A stretch of DNA of 42,457 bases from Tubiluchus corallicola. Its lineage: Eukaryota; Animalia; Priapulida. The position numbers and the translations under genes were made by a program. The notes below the pieces were generated by a model. The model did not search any database, had not been told where the DNA came from, and saw only the letters and a list, made by a program, of their open reading frames with translations. Location: contig JAQGDQ010001403.1 of NCBI GenBank assembly GCA_030141605.1, positions 1 to 42,457 on the forward strand, given 5' to 3'. This document shows positions 13,424-25,352 of the stretch, piece after piece; the first letter of the stretch is position 1; each line of letters begins with the position of its first letter.

Positions 13424-14172
13424 GTGTTTTCATTTACTATAGAGAAGGAGGAGCATTAGCCCTACACGAGATAACCGACCGAGTCTGTTTTTATTGCTGG
13501 CTTTCAAAAGTTGTGCGAAGCTAACAGATGTCCACTTTTTCAGGTTACCGATGCTTTCATTAACTATAGCAAAGGAGGAGCATTAGCCCTACAAGGGATA
13601 AGAGACTGATTCTCTTTTCGTTGCTCGCTTTCAAAAGTTGTGCGAAGCTAACAGATGTCCACTTTTTCAGGTTACTGATGCTTTCATTAACTATAGCAAA
13701 GGAGGAGCATTAGCCCTACAAGGGATAAGTGATTGATTCTCTTTTCGTTACTCGCTTTCAAAAGTTGTGCGAAGCTAACAGATGTCCACTTTTTCAGGTT
13801 ACTGATGTTTTCATTAACTATAGAGAAGGAGGAGTATTAGCCCTACACGAGATAACCGACCGATTCTGTTTTTACTGCTGGCTTTTGAAAAGTTGTGCGA
13901 TGCAGACAGATGTCCACTTTTTCAGGTTACTGATGCTTTCATTAACTATAGCAAAGGAGGAGCATTAGCCCTACAAGGGATAAGTTACTGATTCTCTTTT
14001 CGTTGCTCGCTTTCAAAACTTGTGCGAAGCTAAGAGATGTCCACTTTTTCAGGTTACTGCTGTTTTCATCAACTATGGCAAAGGAGGAGCATTATTCCTA
14101 CACGAGATAACTGACTGACTGTTTTCATTTTTTGCTTTTAAAAGTTATGCGGACAGATGTCCACTTTTTCAC
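13424..14172 (+). repeat. 127-bp tandem repeat, ~6 copies of two subtypes
   Basis: Equivalent positions at 13431, 13558, 13685, 13812, 13940, 14067. Confidence 0.95.
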
Positions 14173-16059
14173 GCTATTTCAGAAAAGATAACCAACAATC
14201 CAAATAGAAGCTCACATCTTTTCCATACTAATATATAAGTAATGATACCATAGTTTTTCCGAGTTTTAGCTTGGAAAGTTTTAAAGCTGCAAGTTTGCCA
14301 AACCCCCCACCCCAAAAGGAGAAACTGCAGGCTAGTTTTAGAGCTCATGGTCTATACAAGTCACCAAGAGATTGTTAACTGAACATTTTACTAAACTGGA
14401 ACGACAGCACACCAATTTTCAACACGAACACAAATCAAATTCAAGTAATTAATTTGTTTTAGTGTTCTGAAAATCTAGTACTTTTGTGCTGCAGTGCATT
14501 GCTATCTAGTACCAAGTTATCAACATGATTGTCGCGAAGTTCGTCTTAATTACTTCGTTTTGATTAACTTGACTTAAATATTATATTATGTCTTCTTGCT
14601 CATCTCTCTTTCATAATGTCTTCATCTCATTCCCTCCCTTTTTTAGACTTGTTATAGCATTGATATAGCTTAAATTGCCCTCTAATCTTACTTGTACTTA
14701 TTTGCTTCTGAATGACCTTTTACATTAATAGTGTTCTAGTTTTCTGTATTTAAGCTGTGTACGACAGTTCTACTTTGAACACTTAGACCTGTGTTTTAGT
14801 ATAGTGGTATTTTAATATTGATAATTATGTTATTTCAGTATTGATAATTATGTTATTTGATTCAGTGAATGTACCTGATAGTATAGATGTTATAATATAA
14901 TTCCTCGTGACTTGTTAATGATTGTGTTTTTATTATTTGATTGAGAAAGCTAACAGGCTTAATAATTGTGGGCAAAGTTTAATTCAGTAACAGCTCTCCC
15001 ACCTATTTCATTGCCCACAATGATTAGATACTGCATGTCCATGTGGGCAAACTGCATCGTTTCCACGTTGTATCGGCTTATTTCACAATTATTTAAAACA
15101 CTGGATTCGGATTAGCACCACCTTGAAAATTCATCATGCTCGCAGGTGTGCATTGCCACCTGCCACCAAAAATCAATAAGGCTTTTCACAGTTCCAGCGA
15201 TAAATGATGATCGTGAACAGGTCAAAGGTCAAGCGTATCAGGCAACGCTTTTGACCAAGCAAGATCCTGCTAGTAAATCACTCTAACCACAGACTAAGTA
15301 AAGTCTGCATAAAGCAAGTGAAGTTACTGCACTGATGCGGCAGACAGCTTTGCTTTACCCACACGTCTGGTGAGTTGTAGTTAAGACGCGTTGCTGTGGT
15401 AGATTTAACCTCTGACCTGCAGCAACTGCACACAACGAATCTGTGAAACGTAGCCACTTTTCTTTCAACGAAGAAGCCAGACCAAAGAAGGAAGCCACAA
15501 TGAAAAAACAAATGAACAGGACATGAATATTTAGCATCTAACTCAAAAGCAGAAATTGATTTTTTCAATGTTTATAGTAAGAAAACTTGGTCGGTCATTC
15601 AATCAGTCAGTTTCAATTGCTGATGACCCATCAAACTTTCTAATAACCCGAGGTACAAATGCAGGGTGCACCAATCTATTAAGAAATGATTACTTTTGTG
15701 CTAATTCATACTGCAAAAATTTACCTTCTAAACCGAGAGTTACTATTTATAGAAATAAACAGTTGCCAATGTGTAACAGCAGTAAAAAAAGCCAAATATT
15801 TCCGCATTTTTACACAATGAATGAAAGACGTTTTAGATTTCCAGACTAACTTTACCATACAGTAGTCTTACCAAGGTAGAGGTGTACTACAATTGTGACT
15901 CACATTTTCATTTTAAAGAATAACGCTTCACAAATTGACTTAGTAATCGGGTGATAGGGTTAGATGCTCAGGTACGTCGAAATTATGATGCCGCAATACT
16001 TAGCAGTTATGTTGTAAAATCACAAATTTTGGATCCAGTAATTATTCCAAAGTACCGTG

Positions 16060-16515
16060 TATCAAGTTACGAATTTTAGAAGTTTTTCGGCCATTGCTAG
16101 ACAACTGTCATCACTATGGCAACCAAATTTTTTACTGCACAACTACGGTCCACATCCCACCCACTGTGCAGATTTTGCCAGAGTCAGATCGGCAATCCCT
16201 GAGAAATAGCAAAGAAACATAGACAAGCAGACAGATTAAAATTCAAACTTTTGTTTTGACATCTTTTAGACAATTATCGGAGGTACCGCAGTACCGCGTT
16301 TCGTCTTTCCTACCTCGGCAGTTTTGGAGAAGTCCCAAAAATAGCAATTTTAGAAGTTTTTTGGCCATCACTGGGCAACCCTTCTCACTATGGCAACCAT
16401 TTTTTTACTGGACAACTAGAACACATATCCATCTGCTGTGCAAGCTTGGCTAGTGGTATCGAAGAAACATTGAGAAGATACTGAGAAGAAGTGGTCAAAT
16501 GACCACAATGAAAGC
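16060..16515 (+). repeat. Two related fragments of an unclassified interspersed repeat; second one (~16237-16515) absent from right arm
   Basis: AATTTTAGAAGTTTTT.GGCCAT...CACTATGGCAACCA..TTTTTTACTG.ACAACTA occurs at ~16072 and ~16346; right arm joins the flanks directly near 23800. Confidence 0.6.
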
Positions 16516-16724
16516 ATCCTGATTGCGCTTTGGTCAAGGTTTGCTACTTTTATGATGCGCAGGAGTGGATAACCTTGTAATACACTTAGTCAACCAGAAC
16601 CAAGTGACTTTAAAATCATTTATTTCCAATTTCTTCAAGATTTTGTTATTTTATTATTATTATTTACATGCACTATTACTCGAAGTATACTATTGAAAAA
16701 GGTATCTATTTTAATAATAATCAT

Positions 16725-17111
16725 TAGGGGTGAGCATTCTCTACCAAAAAGCGAATTTGAATCGAACCGAATTTGTAACTTTCGAATTCGAATCGAATCG
16801 AACTTCAATTGAACGATTTTCGAACAAGTTTTCGAACCACCAGTAAAAATTAGTCTTACAAAGATCATGCGTATCACTAGATTTTGTTCTGCAATAAAAC
16901 GACTAGTAATTTGTTTAAAATTGTGCACAGAAATTACTGCTCAATTATGCTAATTGCATGTTGCTTCAATCGTTTTAGTGATCAGGAACATATGTGATTG
17001 AAGTGCTGAATTATTCGAATCTATAGTTTTGGATTCGAATCGAGTTCGAGCTAAAAAACTCGTTCGAATCGAATTCAAACGTTCGATTCGAACGTTCGAT
17101 GCTCACCCCTA
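16725..17111. mobile_element. hAT-type MITE (387 bp), left arm only
   Basis: 13-bp TIR TAGGGGTGAGCAT / ATGCTCACCCCTA, 8-bp TSD ATAATCAT at 16717-16724 and 17112-17119, subterminal TCGAA repeats; empty site at ~23590 in right arm. Confidence 0.95.
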
Positions 17112-17690
17112 ATAATCATAAAGCAGTTGGCGGAATCCTAAAATTCAGAAACCAAATATTTAAACAGAATAGACATTTAAAGTATTTAAACAGTATGGCT
17201 AAGCATTTTCGAATAAGTTTCGCTACTTCGCTCACTATACACGGTAAAACATCCTGCAAATTGGGCGAATGAGATGCTTCAAACAAGATATACTCAAATG
17301 CAGTCGACCTCACGATTTCAAACAAAAAAGCTCCAGACCTGCCGCTGTTCAGTCAGCATTGTTTAGTCATCACCCAACCCACTTTTGAGCTGTAAGCGAT
17401 ATGTGCGCAAGGTCATGGCGCAAAACATGTGTGTGACCAAATGTTTATAGTCCATCACTTAGTAAGCATAACCAAAACCGTCTCTAGTAAAGGAAGTGCC
17501 AATATCCTATTAGTAATTACTACTACTAGGCATCTATCAGCTAACAACACTACAATAATTTGCTTTCCCACGTCGAAATTACTCTAAGAATACACATACA
17601 GGTTCTACTATTTTGGTGTGTTTACCCACAAACCCTTGTTCTGAGATTAGTGAACTATTACGAAGATGAAAATCGAAGTACCTAACTCAC

Positions 17691-17769
17691 TTGGGTCTAC
17701 ACTCGGTTTCACCTTAGCGTTTAACTTCACTAACTCAGACCCGGAGCTCGGCAAAGCCTCAAAACACAC
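17691..17769 (-). other. Candidate small exon B (79 bp), upstream of large exon; left copy
   Basis: Acceptor TAAGCAG|, donor CAA|GTGAGT, open frame VCFEALPSSGSELVKLNAKVKPSVDP; identical between arms inside a diverged zone. May be 5' UTR. Confidence 0.5.
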
Positions 17770-17850
17770 CTGCTTATTGCAGTAAAGTCAGATGCAACTT
17801 AAACATATTATACATAATTAAGTTCAGCAATATAAGAACCTTGCATTTAC

Positions 17851-17907
17851 CTGCTCCAGGCTCGCAAAGTTAATTTGATTTTTCAAAGCAAGTTTGCAAA
17901 ATGCGAA
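17851..17907 (-). other. Candidate small exon A (3' end defined; may extend upstream as a first exon); left copy
   Basis: Donor GAGCAG|GTAAAT followed by an 81-nt intron to exon B; identical between arms. Confidence 0.42.
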
Positions 17908-17991
17908 CTAAAAATTCATGGTACAAGCCGAACACCATACCATCATGCACCCATGTTTACTCAGAACCGTTTTACATGGCGGATTGATAAC

Positions 17992-18016
17992 AAAAGTGAA
18001 AGTGAAAAGTGAAACT
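17992..18016 (+). promoter_or_regulatory. Triple IRF-E/ISRE/PRDM1-like element AAAAGTGAAAGTGAAAAGTGAAACT
   Basis: Matches the AAGTGAAAGT / GAAANNGAAA consensus; lies just upstream of candidate exon A; identical in both arms. Motif match only. Confidence 0.45.
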
Positions 18017-18264
18017 TACAAACAATAGAATTACAACATGGTGTATAATCAAACTTATAGAAACGCTTAAAAGTTCTGTGCTCACATTTTGTCGCAAAAA
18101 AGCGAAAGTAGTTGAATATTTGTTTATTACTTAACGTTTAAGAAAAAATAGTGCTTTACCTTTTTTTTGACAAATTTCAGATAACGCATACAGGGCATCG
18201 CGCACGCCCTTCGCAGTAGAAATATCAAACACAGTGGAGTCTGAGCTGATGCTACTACTAATGA

Positions 18265-18935
18265 TAAGGATGAGCATTCTCTATCAGAGAGCGAATTCGA
18301 ATTGAATTTGTAACTTTCGAAGTTTTTGGAGTTTGAATTTTTATTATCATAATTTTCAGTACATCGTTGTGACATTCAATACATGGTGACACCAAAATAG
18401 TTACTTCATACTGTTTCATATACTATCGTTATCATAAAAGAATAATTACACTGCAGTGGGCTAGAAAAGCAAAGGCTTGTAAAAACCTGCTGGCACGTGA
18501 GCTAGATAAAAAGAAACTGATAAGTGAACAAAAAGAAGACCTAGGAAAAACGTTAGATCACTCAGGACCGGAAGAAGGATGTGTTAGTGGACATAGTAGG
18601 AAAAAAGACTGTATATTGTCTTAAAAGACAGAAAAATGCAATGATTCAAAATGGAATCAAACCAAATTTTGAGAATACGAATCCAAATGGAATTCGAATT
18701 TTTGTTTGAAAGATTTTTGAATCACTAATAAAAAGCAGTCCCTCTCGGAGATCACGCTTACTACTTGATTTTGTTCTTCAGTACAACACTAATAACTTGT
18801 TAAAAAATTGCAAAAAAAATTGCTAATTGCACGTTGCTTACAAACGACGATTCAAACACTACAATGATAAAGAATGTATGTAGATGAAGTGCTGAATTAT
18901 TCAAGTCTTTAATTTTAGATTTCAACTAAAAACCC
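18265..18935 (+). mobile_element. Older, longer, degenerate relative of the hAT MITE at the inner end of the left arm
   Basis: Starts TAAGGATGAGCATTCTCTA (cf. TAGGGGTGAGCATTCTCTA); 18750-18930 resembles 16862-17060; second TIR not seen. Confidence 0.7.
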
Positions 18936-19199
18936 ATTTATAACTTTCTTGTTTGTTTATTTACTAACTGGAATGGCGCTGCTCTTTAAATTGCAATAAA
19001 GCCATAATTCCAATCATTTTCACTTATATTTATGGTTATAACAGTCAATGTGGCAAATTTTATTATGATAAATGTAAAGAAAATAAATCGAGTCATTTAT
19101 GAAATGGTACAGTCGTTTGAAACCAGAAACAAATCTATTTTTAGGCCTAGTCTATTTCTACTGTTTATACTGTCATGATCAGGGTTTAAGTGAGCACAC

Positions 19200-19905
19200 G
19201 AAATCCATATTTTTCCACAAAGTAATTGTTAACGAAGGACTCAAACTTTCCTAGTATTCGTCTTGCAATAAATATGGCAGGCAAATTACTTTGCTCATTC
19301 ACTACTTTCTAAGTAAATGAATATGAACATTGAGACGTGACCCGTTCTTTAAACAGTTTTAAACTATGACCTCTAGTTTTTGAATCAACAACTAAATTAA
19401 AGAAATTTCCAGGCAAAATGTTTTCTAGCCAGTATTTCATAAACCTCTATAACATCTTCACAGTGTCTTCTTAATTCAAATGTGGTCAAACTGCAATACT
19501 TCAATTTTTCTAAATATGTGAGATTTTTTACAGCCAAATGTTATTTTTGTAGCATGTCCTTGCACTCCTTCCATTATCAACAAGTCTTTCTGGTAACGGG
19601 AGTTCCAAACCTGTACAAGCTATTCTAGATGAGGTCAGACCAAACCAATGTATAATTTCAAAACAATTTCTTTATTTTTAGAAGTTTACATATTTACCAT
19701 CCCAAGATTATTTACTTTTTAACAGACGAAATGCATTACCGTGAAATGTCACGTATGCTACACTTACAGTTTTTATTCCTGAATACCTGAGCAGTGACTG
19801 CTGCCTAACTACATTCATCAATAATCCATTTATTATATTTCTCAATGATTAGGTTGTATCTTGTATTGGTCACTTTTTTTCCCAATGTACTGTAGAGCAT
19901 GGTCT
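19200..19905 (-). mobile_element. Decayed CR1-clade LINE ORF2 3' fragment
   Basis: Minus strand reads LYIGLV*PHLE*LVQVWNSRYQKDLLIMEGVQGHATK...TTFELRR...DVIEVYEIL...TRGHSFK...KVVNEQSNLP, matching CR1 motifs LVRPHLEY..QVW, VQRRATK, TRGH.LK, RVVN.WN.LP; stops and frameshifts. Confidence 0.88.
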
Positions 19906-20428
19906 TTGTCTGTTTGTGCAAAAAATTGAATTGAAATAACACTTCTACGCTTCTTCAGTACTAATAAGTAGCATTATCTCTAACAAGTAACAGTAATAAA
20001 ACAATCGAGCACTGAAACTACTAAAAAGAAAATTACTACTACTACTAAAGTACTAGTAGTAGTACTACTAGTGGTACACTGCATTTTCAAACCATAATCT
20101 CTCAAACTGTCACTTTGACTGTGACAGTGAGAAAATATAACCATAAAGTTTCAATTGCGGATAACAATGACGTCCCACATGTATGCAACATTTGTCTGGA
20201 AGTTACTTTGCCAAAACGTCCGTCCGAACGTATCTAAGGTGGGGTAGTGAGAGTCAGCCAAAGTTAACCTAGTTTTCAGCAACAACCGTGTACTGGGTAA
20301 CCACGGAAGTCAATGTAAGCATAACTGCTGATACAAAAACATGCGCTTCAAGGACATACATCTGAACTATATAACATTTATAATATCTTTTATGAGACCT
20401 AGTAAAATTTCATCAGACATATAATTAC

Positions 20429-20463
20429 CTGCGAAACGTTGTTTATCACAGACCGCCATTTTG
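20429..20463 (-). other. Candidate start exon MAVCDKQRFA with overlapping YY1-type motif
   Basis: CAAAATGGCGG start context (ATG at 20459-20457), 10 codons + 1 nt, then donor CAG|GTAATT. No matching next coding exon identified. Confidence 0.4.
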
Positions 20464-21762
20464 TAATTTGAAAAATGACAACGTGTCCCAAAATGCATAG
20501 CCCATTTTGCCTCTGGTTGACTGTTCTAGACCATTGATAAATAAGACTAATAAACGAGTTAGCCATTGTTTTCTTCTTTTTAACTAATTATTATATATTA
20601 TTATAATCTTGACGTCAACAATATTATTTCATTTTTTGGTCTTTATAAACACCTACCAAACCCAGAAGTGATACATTTCCTCTCATATAAGTTTTGCAAT
20701 TGATTCAAAAGGGTTATAGAGGTCATCTCTAGCCTCCCTGCGATTGCACGAGTTTGTTATTTGATATCAATGCTTTATAAGTTCGATCACATGAATGGCA
20801 ATAATGTTTCCATTCCCCAAAGTGTGTGGTACTTTGTGTGAACATGATGACTTTCATTATTAAATGAGGTATGATAGAAATTTGATCACCTTTAGTGTTA
20901 GAAGTCATTGTGACAAACACCTCAAATTTTTAAAGCACGTGTGTCACGACAATATAGCTGCCAAAGCATTAAAAGCGTGTGTTTATTGGAAGATGCTCTT
21001 GATCCGCTTTTTGGGCATCGCCAGATGACTCGTCAGCAACAATGAATCCACAGCTGGGTACTAATGATCTGCAAACAGAACCTTCGACCAGGAGAGGATA
21101 CGTACATATATTTTACAAGTGCAACTTTTCCTAAACAGATGATTGGGCATGCACAGCCATTATGTCAGTTAACCAATGCCTTTGCGTGTGTAGATACTTT
21201 TAAGCCTGTGTTCAATCACATCACCTGTTATTGCCTTAATACTAGGTTTATTAGCAATATAATAGGATTATACAGATTTTTTCGATATTTTTTTTTAGTT
21301 GTGAGCAATTAAATTGCAACGAATATTATAGGCCTTTCTCGCTTTGTTCTCTCTTCAGCTTTTTAAACTTGGTTCCTGGCACTTGGTCACTCAAGCAGTA
21401 TAGATGCTTCATGACAGTGTTGTCTGTTGTTACTGACATTGCTTTTGCTGGCACGTCTTATTGTTGTTGATTTGATTTGCTGTTGTTGCTATACTGTTGT
21501 TCTTTGGATGATGGTAATATTGCTCTTGTTATTGTTGCTGCTCCTGCTCCTGCTGCTGTTGTTGTTGATAGTGGTGAGGTCATTGCTACTGATAGGATTT
21601 CCGCAAATAAGGGTTAACAAGTTAATGAATCAAATAAATAAAAAGAATCATCACAAGATTTTAAATAATCATGCCAATTTAGTTTAAATCAAGCTTAAAT
21701 GATTTAGTTAGTTCATATGTCTATTTTACAGAAGTAAATAAACAAACAAGAAAGTTATAAAT

Positions 21763-22435
21763 GGGTTTTTTAGTTGAAATCTAAAATTAAAGACTTGAAT
21801 AATTCAGCACTTCATCTACATACATTCTTTATCATTGTAGTGTTTGAATCGTCGTTTGTAAGCAACTTGCAATTAGCAATTTCTTTTTGCAATTTTTTAA
21901 CAAGTTATTAGTGTTGTACTGAAGAACAAAATCAAGTAGTAAGCATGATCTCCGAGAGGGACTGCTTTTTATTAGTGATTCAAAAATCTTTCAAACAAAA
22001 ATTCGAATTCGATTTGGATTCGTATTCTCAAAATTTGGTTTGATTCCATTTTGAATCATTGCGTTTTTCTGTCTTTTAAGACAATATACTGTCTTTTTTC
22101 CTACTATGTCCACTAACACATCCTTCTTCCGGTCCTGTGTAATCTAACGTTTCTCCTAGTTCTTCTTTTTGTTCACTTATCAGTTTCTTTTTATCTAGCT
22201 CACATGCCAGTGGGTTTCTACAAGCCTTTGCTTTTCTAGCCTACTGCACTGTAATTATTCTTTTATGATAACGACAGTATATGAAACCGTATGTAGTAAC
22301 TATTTTGGTGTCACCATGTACTGAATGTCACAACGATGTACTGAAAGTTATGATAATAAAAATTCAAACTCCAAAAACTTCGAAAATTACAAATTCAATT
22401 CGAATTCGCTCTCTGATAGAGAATGCTTATCCTTA
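21763..22435 (-). mobile_element. Mirror copy of degenerate hAT-related element
   Basis: Reverse complement of 18265-18935 with scattered substitutions. Confidence 0.7.
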
Positions 22436-22680
22436 TCATTAGTAGTAGCAGCTGACACTCCACTGTGTTTCATATTTCTACTGCGAAGGGCGTGCGCGAT
22501 GCCCTGTATGCGTTATCTGAAATTTGTCAAAAAAAAGGTAAGGCACTATTTTTTCTTAAACGTTAAGTAATAAACAAATATTCAACTATTTTCTCTTTTT
22601 TGCGACAAAATGTGGCCACAGAACTTTTAAGCGTTTTCATAAGTTTGATTATACACCATGTTGTATTTCTATTGTTTGTA

Positions 22681-22705
22681 AGTTTCACTTTTCACTTTCA
22701 CTTTT
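22681..22705 (-). promoter_or_regulatory. Triple IRF-E/ISRE/PRDM1-like element, right copy
   Basis: AGTTTCACTTTTCACTTTCACTTTT on the plus strand; mirror of 17992-18016. Confidence 0.45.
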
Positions 22706-22789
22706 GTTATCAATCCGCCATGTAAAACGGTTCTGAGTAAACATGGGTGCATGATGGTATGGTGTTCGGCTTGTACCATGAATTTTTAG

Positions 22790-22846
22790 TTCGCATTTTG
22801 CAAACTTGCTTTGAAAAATCAAATTAACTTTGCGAGCCTGGAGCAG
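22790..22846 (+). other. Candidate small exon A, right copy
   Basis: TTTTTAG| ... GAGCAG|GTAAAT; mirror of 17851-17907. Confidence 0.4.
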
Positions 22847-22927
22847 GTAAATGCAAGGTTCTTATATTACTGAACTTAATTATGTATAATATGTTTAAGT
22901 TGCATCTGACTTTACTGCAATAAGCAG

Positions 22928-23006
22928 GTGTGTTTTGAGGCTTTGCCGAGCTCCGGGTCTGAGTTAGTGAAGTTAAACGCTAAGGTGAAACCGAGTGTAG
23001 ACCCAA
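22928..23006 (+). other. Candidate small exon B, right copy with altered donor
   Basis: Identical exon body, donor CAA|GTCAGT instead of GTGAGT. Confidence 0.42.
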
Positions 23007-24214
23007 GTCAGTTAGATACTTCGATTTTCATCTTCGTAATGGTTCACTAATGTCAGAACAAGGGCTTGTGGATAAACACACCAAAATAGTTGAACCTGTG
23101 TGTGTATTCTTAGAGTAATTTCGACGTTGGAAAGCAAATTATTGTAGTGTTATTAGCTGATAGATGCATTTTACTAATATTGGCATTTCCTTTACTAGAG
23201 ACGGTTTTGGTTATGCTTACTAAGTGACGGACTACAAACATTTAGTTCTAAACTTTTTTGTTAATTTACTGGTCACACACATGTTTTGCACCATGATCTT
23301 GCGCACATATCGCTTACAGTTGAAAAGTGGGTTGGGTGATGACTAAACAATGCTGACTGAACAGCGGCAGGTCTGGAGCTTTTTCGTTTGTAATCGTGAA
23401 GTCGACTGCATTTGAGTATATCTTGTTTGAAGCATCTCATTCGCCCAATTTGCAGGATGTTTTACCGTGTATAGTGAGCAAAGTAGCGAAACTGATTCGA
23501 AAATGCTTAGCCATACTGTTTAAATAATTTAAACGTCTGTTCTGTTTAAATATTTGGTTTCTGAATTTTAAGATTCCGCCAACTGCTTTATGATTATTAT
23601 TATTAAAATAGGTACCTTTTTCAATAGTATACTTCGAGTAATAGTGCATGTAAATAATAATAATAAAATAACAAAATCTTGAAGAAATTGGAAATAAATG
23701 ATTTTAAAGTCACTTGGTTCTGGTTGACTCAGTGTATTACAAGGATAACCACTCCAGTGCATCATAAAAGTAGCAAACCTCGACCAAAGCGCGATCAGGA
23801 TGTATCTGTCTGCTTGTCTACGTTTTTTTGCTATTTCTGAGGGATTGCCGATCTGACTCTGGCAAAATCTGCACAGCGGGTGGGATGCGGACCGTAGTTG
23901 TGCAGTAAAAAATTTGGTTGCCATAGTGATGACAGTTGTCTAGCAATGGCCGAAAAACTTCTAAAATTCGTAACTTGATACACGGTACTTTGGAATAATT
24001 AGTGGATCCAAAATTTGTGATTTTACAACATAACTGCTAAGTATTGCGGCATCATAATTTCGACGTACCTGAGCGTCTAACCCTATCACCCGATTACTAA
24101 GTCAACTTGTGAAGCGTTACTCTTTAAAATGAAAATGTGAGTCAAAATTGTAGTACACTGCCACCTTGGTAAGACTACTGTATGGTAAAGTTAGTCTGGA
24201 AATCCTTACATAAT

Positions 24215-24734
24215 GCATCCGTCTGTCTCGGAAGACAATGGAGTGTGTGCCAAGAGAGTCAGTTATTGATCACATTGATGGAGCTGCAGCGTCAACTGTG
24301 ACTGAGCAGTGCGATCCTTGAACGTCTCCAGGATGCATGCCTGGGCAAGGTGTATGGAGATCCTGAATTGCCCAGACAGCAGGAACCCCTTCTCTTCCTC
24401 CCTGGTGTAGTCCAAAGGAAAGCGGAACGATACATTTGACACCAGGTTGGCAGTAGGAGCTACCAGAGTCAGTGAGTTCGGGGTTCCACTTCTGATTTGG
24501 AAGGTTTACTCCTCTACACATGGTCGTTGGGTCACTTGACCTCCTCCGCCCTCTAGCCTTTTGTTGCTTGTGCAGCTCCTCCGCCTAGTGTCGAGATACA
24601 GTGTGGGCATACCGCAAGCCTACAGCACCTGGTATTCTTAGGTGGTCACCCATGCAAGTACTAACCAGGCTCTGCATTGCTTAACTTCGGTGATCAGACG
24701 AGACCCGGTGTTTTCAACCTGATATGGCGTAGAG
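24215..24734 (-). mobile_element. Independent diverged copy of the 5S/RTE SINE, right arm only
   Basis: Colinear with 3349-3879; retains the 5S 3' segment GAATACCAGGTGCTGTAGGCTT missing in the other copy; lies in the arm-specific block ~24205-26052. Confidence 0.9.
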
Positions 24735-25352
24735 CTTGTACTAGCTGCATTATATCAACTAGGTGTTCTCTTAAGAAGTACCATAATGGTTGAAATAGAT
24801 ATAACTAGGTGCTCTCTTAGGAAGTACCATAATGGTTGGAATAATCTGCTAACCCTGTCAATGATGACGTTTCTACAATAAGTGGCATAATTATTGCAAA
24901 TCGTTATTATCAGTAGCACAGCTAAAGAGGGAGGGCTGAGGGCGGACTACATTGGGTGGTACTTTTATCAGGTGCCCTGAAATATTGATTCTGTGGGAAC
25001 CGTAGAAAAGCTAAACACTGACAATTACTTTTTCAAGAAAACGCTGCTAATAACGCCTCCTGTTGATTAAGCCAAAGAAGATATTAAGATAATTACTGTC
25101 GTAGTAATATATTTAACATAGTTTGTCTTTGCTTTCATCATTTCTGAACAAGACACGTTTTGAATTAAAGGAATACAGGATGATATACTACCCCATTTTC
25201 AAGTCCAATGAATAGTATACATTTTAACAAAAGTTATACTGCAGAATACTGCGTTTCTGATAATTAAATAATAGATTAAAAACTTAATTAATGGTGTGCG
25301 AGCCCAACTATTGGTTTCATCACAAACTAACATAATTTTCACCAACAAAAAA

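Larger units (their letters stand above)
18966..21732. other. Unique central spacer of the palindrome
   Basis: No mirror symmetry between 18966 and 21732. Confidence 0.93.

Noticed and set aside
15219-15231. Perfect DR1 nuclear-receptor element AGGTCA-A-AGGTCA (mirror 26895-26907)
   Set aside because: The match is real, but TGACCTTTGACC is frequent in invertebrate repeats and nothing else here supports function.
18966-21732. Pure fold-back read or amplification chimera explaining the whole palindrome
   Set aside because: A fold-back copies one molecule and cannot produce percent-level divergence and clean filled/empty TE sites next to the turn; a graph-level artefact for the outer arms remains possible.
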